NCBI GenBank assembly: GCA_027604505.1
Contig: JADIIX010000020.1
Coordinates: 62,001-126,000 of the forward strand
Direction of reading: 5' to 3'
DNA: 64,000 nucleotides
Origin: Gonapodya sp. JEL0774
Lineage: Eukaryota
This document shows positions 10,781 to 23,900 of this stretch, in pieces. The notes under the pieces are model-generated. The model worked only from the letters and a program-made list of their open reading frames with translations. It did no database searches and had not been told where the DNA came from. Positions within the stretch are counted from its first letter, which is position 1. Each line of letters opens with the position of its first letter. The translations under genes and the position numbers were made by a program.

Positions 10781-13700
10781 TCAAATACAAAGCATAGTGC
10801 TAAAACATGGGGTTACCCTAAAACAAAGCAATGGCAATAGTATACCCGCTGCGTCCACTTCCATCCCAACCCCGTTCACACCCACAACGTCTCCTCCGAC
10901 TCCCCCCTCTCTCCGCGTCTCCTCTTCACCCTCCGGCACTCTTCTCTTCTCCCACCAATCCACACCATCAACACCCACGCGATCAACCCTGCCAACCCCC
11001 TCACCAAATTCAACGTCGCCCACAACGACAGATCGGCCACAACGGTGGGAGTAAAGTTGGAAGGTATATCGTACCTAAAATAGGAGTTCGAACGACATGT
11101 TAAAGGGACCGTTTCGTTTTAACTTCACGTTCTCAAGTGTGACAAGGGTAATGGTACGCACCACGATCCCTGACCGTACATCCCACCGTAACCCCCCACT
11201 GCCGAAAAGAACAAGCGATCGTCCACGGAGGTCATGAGTGTGTCGGAGAGGAGGCACGCGGAGAGAGCTGTGAATAGTCGAAGCCGATGTTTGGGGGTCG
11301 TGTGACAAAACCATCGCAAAGTACGAGGAAGAAATAACGGCGCGATCCGCGATTCAAGATTAGAAAAGTGTGTTGACCAGGCGACAAAGGGTGCGCAAGC
11401 ACGGAACACAAGATACGAATGCGGCGGAGATACATCGAACAAAAATTAGTAACATCTGTAAATCGGACAGGCGTCAGACACCACCCCCAGCTTCACGACG
11501 TACCAACGACAACCGCCACATCCACCACCTTCCCGCCCCTCTCTCTCCCATTCCACCACCCTTTCCCCTCACATGTCGCTACCGCCTCCAAACCACCCAC
11601 CGCCGCCCCAACTACGCACCCACTGAAGAGCGCACTGACCCAGAAGCTCTGTGGCGAGTACGTTTTCAGAAATGAAGGGTCGAGTGCGTTGGTGGGGGAA
11701 GTGGGAAGTAGGATGAGGGTGAGGATGGAGATGCCGCCGAGGAGGCCCGAGAGGAGGTGGAGGACGTGAGAGGTGTGGAGGTGGTGCACCTGGAGAGTAA
11801 TGTGACGGATTAGTGCAGGATACTAATGTGTTGGTAGGGGGACGTGATTTGCGAGTCGTTCGGGACGGATTGGTCCTGAGGTGTCTCCAACTCCACCTTG
11901 CAGCCCTTGTTGTGCACAGTGACACCAAACCCACACACGTTCCGGAAACCTCCTCTCGTTCCAACCACTCCTGCCACCTTCTTACTCACCCTAACCATCT
12001 CCTCGAGCTGATCCCGCCACACCTCCTGCTTTGTTTTTCCAGTAGCACGACCTCTCCCATCGTCCTCCTGACTCCCGCTATCACTCCCGCTTCCGCTCCC
12101 TCCCGACCCGTCCCGCGATCGGAGACGCGAACGTGAACGTGGGTGGACACGATTCCGGTTGCGGTTGCGGTTGTCCGAACGGAGCGGAACGGGTACGGGG
12201 CGGAACTTGTCTCGGTCTTTGTTTTCGGGGGCACCGGTGCGCGTCAGGGGTCGGTGGGTGTGAAGTCAGTCCGTGGATTTTGTGATCAAAGAGACACAGA
12301 TAGGTAACGCGTGCGCACATTGCCCACGAGATCTTAGGACTTCCTCACCTTCCACGTACACCACCTCGCCTCCATCACCGCTTCCATGTGCGCCGCCGGC
12401 AAGGGCTCCGGCCCCCGTCCCGCTATCCGTCGTGCTCCCCACGGGCTTGCCCATACTCGTGCCGCCAACGTCCCCTTCGTGGTGGGGGTCTCGGGAAATG
12501 GTACCCGGAGTGTAAGCAGTTAGGGAGGAGGTGGATCCCCATGGGTCAGTAGAGGGGCTGTGGATATCAGAAAGAGAGATGGTGACAGGGGGGCCTTATT
12601 TGGGACGGTGGGTTGGGATCGAGGTAGGGTGGAGGATGTGTGGGAGATGACGACGCGGATCTCGTGAGTGGGAACAGAGCCAGTCCGACGTACCTCCATT
12701 AGGAGATTGGATGAGGATCGGGGATGTGGTCGGGGGTGGGCCCTGTGGTGTTGCGGCAGGTGATGTGGGAGGGCGTTTCCCTGACGCAACGGAACGGATA
12801 CAGGTGATCGGTGATCGGGTGAGAATGAGCACGGTGTGGTCACATGCGAGGGGACAAGAACACATGTGGAAGAAGCGGAAGATGCGGAGGGTGTGGGCCT
12901 CTAGTGGGTGGAGGTGGGGCTGTTGGATGCCACCACAACCCTTGTGCGGTAGGGCTTCCCTCTCTTCATGATCCAAGTCTCCGGAAAAGGAGTTTTGTGA
13001 AGAGGAAAGATCCAAAGTCCGACCACAACATATGAAAGTCGCACGGTCTCGTTGTTTAGTCAGACAGTCACCCTCACAAAGCCCCTTGTTTGCTTTCACG
13101 GCTGTCAATGTCCTATGTCCCGACAATCCCCCGAGTGCCAAACAGTCCCCCGCGGTCCCAAAATACACGCACGTTTTGATCTTGATTTAGACCTTGGTTT
13201 AGACTCGGCGTCGGACTTGGAGGGCGACGAGAGGAATGTGGGTGTGGTGTCGTGGTTGATCTGGGAGTCCGACTTCGTTTTCGTGTCCTGGTCCAGGTCC
13301 ATGTTGGTATCACTTGTCATGTTGGTAGGTATGATCATGGTGGCGGGAGATGTGGGAAGGGACGGACTGTCGAGAGAGGGCGGCCTCGGGTTGGCATTCA
13401 GACGGGGAGTGTGGGGTTCATTGGGTTCAGGTGTGGGTTCGGGAGTGGACATGGAATTCCATGTGGGATCTGAGGTTTCATTTTCTCTTCTTTCTTTACG
13501 TTTGGAGCGTTTATGCGGACGGGAGTGGTCGGTGAGAGGGAGGGAAGAAGGAATGTCGCCTTGCGGAGTGAGTTGGGAGGTGGCCATGGGCGGGTCAACA
13601 TGTACGGTTGCGTCCTCGGGGATAATGTGCTGGGTACTGGAAGGGAGGGAGGTGGAGGACAAGTCATGAGAAGAGACAAAAACGTCTGAATGGCCGGAAG

Positions 13701-14097
13701 CCTTCATTTGACGGTACAGTCTGTGTTTGGCGCGGGCGGTGGTGGAGATTTCATTGCGGGAGGATGAGGGGGACGCAAGGGGTGCCGAAGAGGTGGGAGA
13801 AGGGAGGAGGGGAGGAGAAGGGGGGAGATGGAGACCAGCGGGAGGGGGAAGAGGGGGAAGAGAGGGAAGATTTGGAACAGAAGGAAGTTGTTGAGGGAGC
13901 GATGGAAGGGAGAGAGAGAGGGAATTGGCTGGAAGAGAAGAATTGGAGAGCGAGTTGATTGATGGGAGAGACGACGCGATTCGGGACCGGGAGCGGCGTT
14001 GACGCGGGTTCCAATGTGAGGCGGAGTCGGTGGGGGCGGGGGCGGAAGGTACGGAGTCAGCGGACTCAGCAGGTGTTTCGAGAGCAGTGGGAGACAT
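10781..14097 (-). CDS. Multi-exon membrane protein with a long Pro/Ser-rich N-terminus; possible TMEM237-like ciliary transition zone protein
   Basis: ORF 13105-14097 has a GTGCGT donor near 13171. Downstream exons give GEVVYVEGE and hydrophobic HLLSGLLGGISILTLILL..FLKTYSPQSFWVSALFSGCVVGAAVGGLE, reminiscent of TMEM237 SHGFLAGCAVWNIV..LLQQY..FQSLLYLLLALSTISAFD. The exon chain is not fully resolved. Confidence 0.35.
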
Positions 14098-16754
14098 GGA
14101 CGTGGCAGGGGGACGTGGAATGACGGGGAAGGCGGCGTGGTGCGATGGAGCGGTGTCGGGATCGTGCTGCTGGAGTTGGTTGGTTAGATTGCATGTACAG
14201 TCGTGTGCTCACCGAGGCCACAGCACAGTAAAGGGAGTGGCACAACACAACAACGAGGAAGCGCATGTTGGTATGATTAGAACGCCTGTTGGAATTGATC
14301 CTTATTTTCTTTCTTGCAAAGTGTGAAGTACATTATAAGACCATTTACATAAACTCAAGATGCGCTGGTTTCTGTTTTGCAAATCCAATAAAACAAAGTT
14401 ATGTATATCTGTCCCAACATTAAAGCACGGAATCCCAAAAGGACGTTCATTATTCATTTTCCTATCCTTTTCACACCAGTCTTCTCGGGAAGGTGGTCCA
14501 CTGACCTTTCGAAGATACAGAAACAATGATCTATGAGCTGCTTCTGCTTGTCTGAAGATGATGCCCCAGACAGAGCATACTGCATTGGCTCATTAAGGGT
14601 GGAGAAAAAATCAAATAATACTATGGGAACATCAAACACTGAAGAAAGAATCATGACAGTTCAAACCATGCAGAATTAAAGACATAACATATTCACTTGC
14701 CTTTTTTGATGTTCTTGCAAAACACCTCTACCAGTCCTGCTGTTGAATGCAACTCTTCAACTGGCGCACCAAGTACGCACAAGTGCCCATTTTGTTTGTT
14801 CTCCTTCAGTTCCTCAAGGCTCCCCTTGCAAAAACTGATATCGCGTTGGAGGGCCCAAACTCTGGCAAGGAGAAGTAAAACACTTGCAAAACCACCATCT
14901 CTGTTGTGACCTAGCACATTGAGAACAGAAATGGGATCAACTGAGGATTTGGAATGATCTTCAGTGGGCAATACAGGAAGGTGCAGCCAAGGTTGTGAAA
15001 AACTGTGTGTCAATCCCAGCAAGTTCATTGTCAAGTGTTACTTGACATTTGTCTCTGGCTGCCTCAAAAGCCTGTGAGTCCTCTGACATAGCTCAGCTGT
15101 TTTGACTCAAGTCATTAACGTATTTTATGTGCTTCTGCAAGAGATCACTGGAAGGAAAGAGTGGAGACAGTGAACGTGATGTTGGTAAAATGAAAGAGCA
15201 AGAACCTCCAATATAAGCCGACCAATACTTCAATTTCAAAGTCAATTTCTTTGCCTTGATAACACATAGGAGGGTCTCTTGGTGGGGCAAGACACTTGGC
15301 ATATTCATCAGCGATGGAGGAGTCAGCCAGTTGACTAAGTACAATAGGGACAATGCCATTGCTAAACAGGCAACGCCAGTCAATGGCATTGGCTGCATTG
15401 GTTCAATGACCTTCTAGCACATGTCAGAGTTGGTGAGCAACCTTTTGCGCTTGTTATACTGTAGGTGACATGTTCCTAATGCAGCCTCAAGAAGTGGGAG
15501 CTCTTTCTTTTTTCACTTCAGGGCACCCACAACTCCACGGAGATCTGTATTGCTGATGGAATCCACTGAGCCATCTGTGTTACTGCTGAGGTCCTTCTCG
15601 AACTGTTTGAGTTCCATTGCATTGGAACCGTTCACCAGAATCATCGACCAAATGATGACAGTTGCTGCAGAGGTTGCACTTTGAATTCTTTTGTCATATC
15701 CATTTTGATGCCTGCAGCTCTGTGACTGGGGTAAAAGCCAGCTGCAAACTGATACTCCTCCGTGTCAAATTGTTCCCGCCCACCTCAGGTAAGGGAATAA
15801 ACTTTTCAACTTTGCTGAAGTCAGTGATTTCTTTCCAATGATCTCTGCAAATCAGGAAAGATGCAGAGACACAGCAACAAGTGCCTTGTGAGCGACAGAC
15901 ACAGAGTCAGAATCCACAATGTCATGGAGCCACTTTTAAAGCCCACCTTGATAATCAAAGTCCCAGAACTGCCATCCCTTTCCTCCCCATTTTGTATCTG
16001 AACCCTTCTCCCTGATTTTACTGGCCACCTGGAGGAGTAGCCACATGAAGGAGAGTTTGCATTTTAGCTCAACTAGCTGAAGTGACTAAACTTTTCTAAG
16101 GACCAAGAAGGAGGTCAAGAGACCCACCCACACACTCTGCAAACATTTCAAATCCATATTCTCTGTGGATCCTTGTGGTGTGTGATGAACAGCCATGTTT
16201 GGGGGGCTGAGTTTGAACACACAGGCATATGCATCTGCAGCTCTGTACAGCCTGATTGCAGGAAAATGGATTGCCAAGGCACCTCTCCCACAAATTACAC
16301 AAAAACATTGATTGTTGCAAGGCTCTGTAGTAAAAGACCACATGTTGCAATTCATCTGAGGGTTTCACACAAGCACATATCACTTCTCCAGTCAGCCAGA
16401 CATGCTGCAAGGCAGATGAATGAAGGATGCAACAAGTACCCACACATGCACAAGAACCAGGACAGACATTCAAAAGGTGCAGCAGTTTGTGCCAAGTCAT
16501 TGTCACTGGTTGTATTTGCCTCTGCTTTGTGGCATATATCTCAGGTAACAGATGCAGGAAAATCAACTGACAGAGACCTCTCATTTTTAGTGGAGTTGAC
16601 ACAGTATTTCCTCCTCTGTGAAGGGGATTGAGGTTTGTTCCAGTATACATCTTGGTGTTGGTGCATGTGGAACCACTTTCCAGGGTGTGCAAACACATGT
16701 CTTGACACCATGGAGCAGGAAATGGACTTCAATCACATCTACTACACATAGTGC

Positions 16755-17113
16755 TCTGTGTCTGAATACAGGTAATGTATTGTGTGGGCAACTTAGTATA
16801 TTACACGCCAGCGCACTCATCCATGTGCAGCAGTCTAGCATACAAATATATAGTACACACACACAACATCATATATATCCAACACTCTGACAGCTAGAGA
16901 TGCAATGTGAATAGAAAGAACCCAATACAACGCACGGCTGTCTTACCTAGAGACACAGTGCTATCTGTCAAACCTAAGAAAAGAATCTATGCTGTGCCTA
17001 CTCTATCATCTGGTGGCCGCTACGCCACACCCCGAAACCCTCAAACCTCATCTACCCCTTATCATCCATCTAACCTCCGACTTAGTGGTAAGCTCTATGT
17101 TGCCCTGCTGACA
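16755..17113. mobile_element. Candidate ~359 bp nested insertion (solo-LTR-like)
   Basis: Flanked by direct repeat AGTGC (16750-16754 and 17114-17118). Right end is ...GCTGACA (TGTCAGC on the minus strand). Retains about 8 CpGs while both flanks have none. The left end is not canonical TG. Confidence 0.3.
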
Positions 17114-19417
17114 AGTGCAGGAAAATGGATTCACAAGAGATCACTGTAAAGGAAATGTGTAGTTTTTGATGCAAGAAATCTGTGTGTTGCCCAGAAAGAG
17201 ACCCCATGTGTCTTGTGTGTGGCTTCAACCATGCAACCTGACCAAAACACTCCCACTAAGTGCAGTAACCTCTTGGCCAAGAAAGTCACTGATACCCCCT
17301 CCTCACCCACAGCTCTGAGTCCACTAATTGATGTCCCTCCAGCTTGTAAGTCATGTTTTGATGAAATCTGTTGCACTTTAACATTAACAGATACTCTTCC
17401 TACAGAGCAAGTCCAGAGTGATCATAGTTGTCTCACACAATGTAAATCTATAATTGCCTGTTAGCCATCACAACTATGTGCTCATACATGTTTTCTACTT
17501 GACACAAGGTGAAAAAGTATGTCAATGACCAGGTGGAGGTGGAAGAGGGTGAAGAGGGATCAGAAGGTACACATCCTAGCTTTGGCGACATGTGCTTTTT
17601 CAGTCAATTTAACTTCTATATGTTCCAGGTAGTGACACCAATGAAATGACCAGGTCCCACAGGGAAATGGTTAACAATGGGTTGAAGATGAAGGCAACCA
17701 AGGTGATGGAGACAAAGCTGAGGGGGACCACAGTGAGGGAGAGGTTGTGGATGATCACAAAAGTGAATATGATGGTATGCTCATGATTTTACTGTAACGT
17801 GGCTGTTCTTGTTTGACTTTGTCTCTTTGCATGAAGATGCTCCAAAGCCTAACCCCAAGCAGTGTGCTACCAAATCTCCCACCCTTGCAGACAAGAAAGC
17901 CCCCCAACGGCATGCAGACAAGAGCAAGAGCAACCCTGGTGAGTACACTCTTTGTACTTCTATGACTACTAAGTGATCTAGTCATACTGTCTTTGCTTGA
18001 TTAAAACCTAACCCAACACATCCAAAACTGGTAACAACACAGGGGCAAATTGATGTGGTTGTGGGAGGGGGAGTGAGAGAGGTAATGCTGGTGGGAACCT
18101 GTGTGGGAATTAGAGGGGAAGGGGGACCCTCCCAATGGTTCTCTGAAGGAGCGTCTTTTGAGGTTGTGTTTGATGGGAGTGCCAAGCAGAGCAAGCACTA
18201 TTGACCAAGGACCCTATACGAGCCACCCCCCCCTTCACCAGCCCACATTCAGCAGTTAAATGGTAATGCTGACAATTCAATGTTTATTGACGTGGATGCT
18301 ACAAGGTCTATGGCTACGAAATAAGAAAAAGGCACCACCCCCCCCCCACTTTCTGGGCAGACGAGACAAGACTTGAATCCATTATCCATCCACAGGCTTG
18401 CCATCCAGTCATTGAGGACCAGCCAATAGCCCTCAGATGACAAGAAAAGACATCTCTTAGCGCTGCCAAATTCAGGAGAGTGATGTGAGAGACAGGTGGG
18501 TAAAAACCAAACTGGAGAAGTTTGGTTTGCTCCAGGCTCACTGGAAATGACGCAAACTCACGTCATCCTAGCAAGGAAGGGGCCGCACATGGAGGTGTGG
18601 CATCCAAATTTGATTTCCAGGGAACAGGAGCCCCAACAGGTACAGGGTACCCAATGCATGCACAATTTGAACCCACCTAGAATGCCCAGAGACATTTCCA
18701 CTCACACATCATCCTGCATGAAAATTCAACGATGGCTCCTGATCCTGATGACTTTGTACCTTTGGAATCACGGAGTTGGGTGGTGTTAAAAGGGGAAAAG
18801 AGGAGGAACAAGGGTAGCAGAATCGAGCTCTACCAATAAAAATAGCAGAAAAACAATCAGACAGATTGGAAAACTGGGTGTGAAAGGGAAAGACAGGCAC
18901 TTACCAGGATGTGGGGATGAAGAGGGACAGTGAACCCATCAGCCTGAAACACCACCAGAACCACTTGCTCCGTCCTCCTATTCACAAGATACAAGTGGGG
19001 AATGAGGTGTCTGAAGCAGCAATGCTGGGAGGGGGGGGGGATTGGGGGGATGATAGTGCTGAGAAGAATGTTGTCATTTGTTAGCCAAACAACAAACGTG
19101 TTTGCAAACTCCAACCCGAAGTTCGAGTTCGATTGGAGTTCAACTACAAAAAGATTGTATCTAAATTCTTAGTTTGAGATTGTGTTCGGCTTGTCAAACT
19201 TTTTTGAAAGTTTGTCATTGCACAAACCAGCACTGTGCCACAACTCAGCCACAGATCACTTCGTCCTCTTTTCCTTCCATCCTTTTCCATCGAAACCCAG
19301 CAATGAATGTTCACAACACCAGCTCACACCCAGCAGGTCTGTAAGGGACAAATCACAAACAGTGTTTGGGTGCTTGAGCGAACCGGGTCCTGGACCTGCT
19401 CCATCTGAGTTCTGAAA

Positions 19418-20188
19418 GTGCTTCAACCCTTTCACTCAGGGCTAGAACCATTATCATCCCTGCTCTTAGACCCATCCAGACTCATTCCATGCAAGAGTCA
19501 TCTCAGCAGTGGTCTCCTTTCACAAATATCCCAATCAACGATGGAGGGTCTCCCTCCTCTCTCCAGCCACTCTGAGATGCCAGTGTCCCTCACTCCCTCT
19601 CTCATCCTGCCACTTCCTGAACAAGTTAAAGAGACTGGCTTCAGTGAAGATGGAAGTGCACCCTTGAAGTCGGGTTCAAATGAGGTGTTCCTGGCACACT
19701 TGGTATCTGCCTATCAGGACAACGTACGCCTGCGGACTGAAGTGGACCACATGAAACTACTGGTCCAGAGACTTCAGTCTGCCAACACATCCTCACATGT
19801 TGAGGCTCAACGTCAAATTCAGGTGCTTCGAGCACAAAACATGATGCTCAGGGAGAAACTGAAGCGGTGCCGTGTTGGAACATCTGTTCCTGGTACTTTG
19901 CGCCAATTGCCAAAACGCAGTCAGAGGACCAAAGGTGGCAGAACTGCTTTTGAAGCAGATGCCGCGCGCACATGAGGACACGGTTTCTGAATTCTGTGGT
20001 TTAAAGTGAATCCACAGGATACAAGATTTCATCTATCTTCCAAGAATGAGAGAATTCGCCTTGAACACTCAATTGAACTTATTGCTGACTTGGATGGGAA
20101 TGAAACTGGACCCTCAATCATTTTTTCATCAAACATGAATCACGCTGCACGAGAGCACAACAGCATGGGACAATCAGGACACTTTTGA
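19418..20188 (+). pseudogene. Coiled-coil hypothetical ORF fragments at the edge of the decayed island
   Basis: 185 aa ORF with a heptad-like stretch (LVSAYQDNVRLRTEVDHMKLLVQRLQ..LRAQNMMLREKLKR), followed in frame after stops by a 60 aa ORF. Confidence 0.25.
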
Positions 20189-20999
20189 CTACCCGCTAAA
20201 TACCGTAATTTTATTGTTCAATCAGATATACGTATCATTTCGCTCAACAGAATGAGAGAAAAGGAAAGGGGTAATAGTTATACTTCACCGTTCTTCATCC
20301 CACGGACGGGAAAGCGAAAATTCCGGATGTGAACTCGCAAAAGATTAGTGAACGAACACCAGGCGCGTGCCGATTGAGGAGAAACGGGTGGTGTCAAAGC
20401 ATTGGAAGTAGTTTCACCCCGACTGACAGTTAACCTTGCGGACACGCGAAAGTATGCTGGTGGGTTGCTTCAATGTACTCGGCCTCCACTCATCCTGAGT
20501 TATCACTTTGTAACTTAAGGTCATCCAATTGTCGGGACAGGTCGTCCGGTTTAACGCCGAACGCATCCTTCGACCGTCGCTGACACCCGCCGTAGCGAGA
20601 AAGCTCTTCGCCTTCTGGGGCCGGCGACAAAGGCGGGGTCCAGCTGGGGGGTAACGGCGTTCACCCCTCCTCCGCTTTCATCAGTATGTGCCCGTCCTCT
20701 TATTGCAGTTCCATCAATGTACTTTTTCGAGTTGCTTGGAAGATTGGGACGCAGAATGATGCGTTTCGCCGGTCTTATTGTTGAAGCATGAGCATCATTG
20801 AAACGTGCTGGTTCTGGTGCTGGACATAGGGACCTGGCCCGTGCATGTGTGACCGCAGCATTGAGCACCCATCGGCAACCCACAGCTGCATCGCGAATCT
20901 GCCTGACTCCACGACCGATCTGACCCGAGTTCCCCAGCGCGAGTCCACTCTGGGTCCCTGCGTCAGTGTGTGCCGTGTCTCCCACCTGCCGCTCCCACG

Positions 21000-23900
21000 A
21001 TGCGGCGTCCACAGTCACCCGCGTCCCCGTCTCCACCGCCGCACTCCCTCACTCTGGACTCTCCCAACACTCTGCCTGATCTCCATCACGTGAGTCGCCC
21101 CTTTCTTTCTCTTCCTTTCCCTTCTTCTCCCACTCTCCCCTCTCCCCTCTGACCTCTCCCCTCTTCCCCTCCCCCCCCCCCCCCATCTCAGATCTATCTC
21201 GGTACGCTCCTTTCTTTCCCTCTCTCCCTTCCCCTCCCTCTCCCTCTCTCACCCTCCTTTCTCTCTGCTCTCCTCTCTATTTAGAACGCATCATCGGCTC
21301 TTCCATTTCCGACTCCCTTTCAATCGCCGCTCACCCTTCTCTCCCCTTATTCGCTTACCCCGCGGGCCGCGCTCTCGTCCTCTACAACTACAAGAAACAC
21401 AAACAGTCTTTTCTCATCGACCAGGATCGCCCCAATGAAATCGCATCGGTCGCGTTCGATCCGGAGGGTTTGGTCGTCGCCGTTGGTGAGAAAGGCCCCA
21501 ACGTGAGTTCTCCAGTGCGTGCCGCCCAAGGGACGGAGGCCATCCACATTCTCTACATTTCCTCAAAGCCAATTAAAGAGCTTGCAAGAGTGAAAGATGT
21601 CCTTTCTCTTCGGCGGTTAAGATATCGTCACAGTTCACACACCCTTCACCCGGGTATCCCTCCCTACCTCTCACTAACCATTCCCAACCCCACCCTTCCT
21701 CAACCCCAGCCCCGCATCCTCATCTGGTCCCTCTCGACCCGCTCTCCCGCATGTCCTCCGCTTTACCCTGCGTCCCCCTCGCACTCCCGCACCACCTCCG
21801 CCTCACTCTCCGCCTCGACCGGCACGTCCAGTCGTGGCTCTCGGAAACCCGCCGCGTCCATGAAGGCCCTAGCGTTTGCGGCAGACTCGAAAACGTTGGT
21901 GGCTGTGGGAGGCGAGGTGGGTTGTGGGGAAGGAGTTGGAGTGGGCGCAGCCCAAGGAAAGGACAGCGATATCAGCGTGCGGGCGCAGTAGGGTGGGATC
22001 AAGAATGGATTGGTGTCGTGGCGTAACGTGGTGGTGGACAAGGCGGCTTGTATTTGACGGAGATGGAATCGGATGGCAGATGATTGTGGCAAGGTTGGGG
22101 TGGAGTGTGACGTTATGGACGCTGCGAGGTTTGAAAATTGATTGGGTTCATGGATGGCCAGCACAGAGCTCACTGGGACTGCATTGCCACGTTTCTTTAC
22201 TGTGATTCTATTCACAGCGTCGTAAATGCCTTTGTATTCTCCCCTTTCTCTCTCGTCTTTCGATGATTGGGTTGCACTTGTGTCATCACCAATCCACCTT
22301 CCCTGTCCTTCCACCGCACTGCCCCTCTCTGCACCACACTTCACCCACGGCACGCGCCTTGGTCCCTCACAAAAGACCGACCCCACAATCACTGTCTGGA
22401 ACTGGCGCACCGGAGAGAAAATGGCATGTACGTGATCCCAGAGCCATCGAACGTTCCTTGCACACTTTTCGCCCCAGTCCTGATCTAGCATATTGCACGC
22501 TCACCTCACGCCGCCCGTACCAAACGCCCCCCCCTCCCCCCCCCGCTCCCCCCATAGCCGCCCGCTCCCCATCGCCCACGACTTCTCTCTTCTTCCTCCC
22601 CCCGCCCATGCCCACGCTCGGCTCAGACTCCGACTCAGCGCACACCTTTGTCACCGCGTCTACCCACTCGATAAAGTACTGGACCATAACCACGACACTT
22701 TCCGTGGCACCACCACATGTTGCGGCGACTCCACCTGCAGGTCGACCCATCCCATCCCCCACCACCACCCCCGCCACCCCCACGGCCACAGTGACGATCG
22801 ATTCCCGGCCGGCTAACCTTGCGAACTTCCGGGACAAGTCCCTCGCCGCGGCCGCGGGGGGCATGCCCTGGCCCGCCGGGGGTGTCGTGTGGGGCGGCGA
22901 GGTGTACGCCGTGACGGAGACAGGGACTCTGGTGATGGTGGGGAGTGGCGGGGTGCAGAAGTGGGTGGAGATGAAGGTGGGTGGCCCGGGTGTTAGGGGG
23001 TGTCCGGCCTGATGGCGGAGGGAAACGGGTATGAGCGGGAGCGGATCGGCGGTGATTTTAAGAGGGTGCACACATTTCTGTCCCAAGTGACGATGGACGC
23101 AGTCGGCGAACTCTCCGTTTGACTTAACGTTCCGGTTCCTTATTTTCCCCCACCCCATCGCTCAATTCATTCTCTCTATACCCGTGAACACCCCCCACCC
23201 CCGCCCCCCTACCTCATCCCGTCGAACAACCGCCAGGTTCCCATCGCCACCTCGGTACAGACCACCCCGCGGTTTGTGTTTTGCGGGTGTGCAGACGGCG
23301 TCGTGCGGGCGTTCCAACCGGGAACCTTGCAGTACATTGCCACCTTACCGAAATTACCCACGGAGGGGAGTGGGACCGGAGGGTGGGTTGTCACGGTCTC
23401 TGCGACGAGTGGGGATGGGGCAGGTGGTTGATTCAAAGGACTCATTGAACTCATACATGCCCGTTGTCCCTCCCGTGCAATCCACGTTGTTAAATCCCCC
23501 ACACCCCCTCGTCCCCCTTTCCTATCCGCACACACCTCAGCACCCCCCCGGTTTTTTCCGACGTCGTGGCGCTCTCCGCGGCCTCTCGAGTCGACAGCGG
23601 GGTTGTGTGCGTCGCGTACGCCGACGGATCGGTCGTGGTGTGGGATATGGCGTTGGACGGTAAGAAGGTGGAGAAGGTGGACGTGTTTCAGTGGAGGAAG
23701 ATGGTGGGGGGGATGCAGGTGAGCGTGGGGATAGAAGGGGGTGGGCGGTAGTATCGCTGATGTGTGAATTTTGGCCCGTGGGTTCTCTGTGTGGCTGGTG
23801 TGTTCCACCCAGGCTGTGTCGTCGTCGATCCCCTCCATGCCCTCTCTCCTCTCCACCTCCTCGCCCAACCTCGCGCTCATAACGCACCACCCGACCCCCT

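Larger units (their letters stand above)
14300..20200. mobile_element. CpG-depleted decayed island (probable repeat/transposon or duplicated-gene relics); family not identified
   Basis: Abrupt drop in CpG: none counted in 15901-16800 or 17114-17585, with an excess of TG/CA. Only broken ORFs with frequent stops; no recognisable host gene. Confidence 0.5.

Noticed and set aside
13105..14097. Pro/Ser-rich ORF as a retroelement gag with a zinc knuckle
   Set aside because: No proper CCHC spacing and no reverse transcriptase downstream; a splice donor near 13171 favours a host first exon.
19107..19140. 8-bp inverted repeat AACTCCAA/TTGGAGTT as a Helitron 3' hairpin
   Set aside because: Long loop, no convincing CTRR end and no Rep/helicase motifs nearby.
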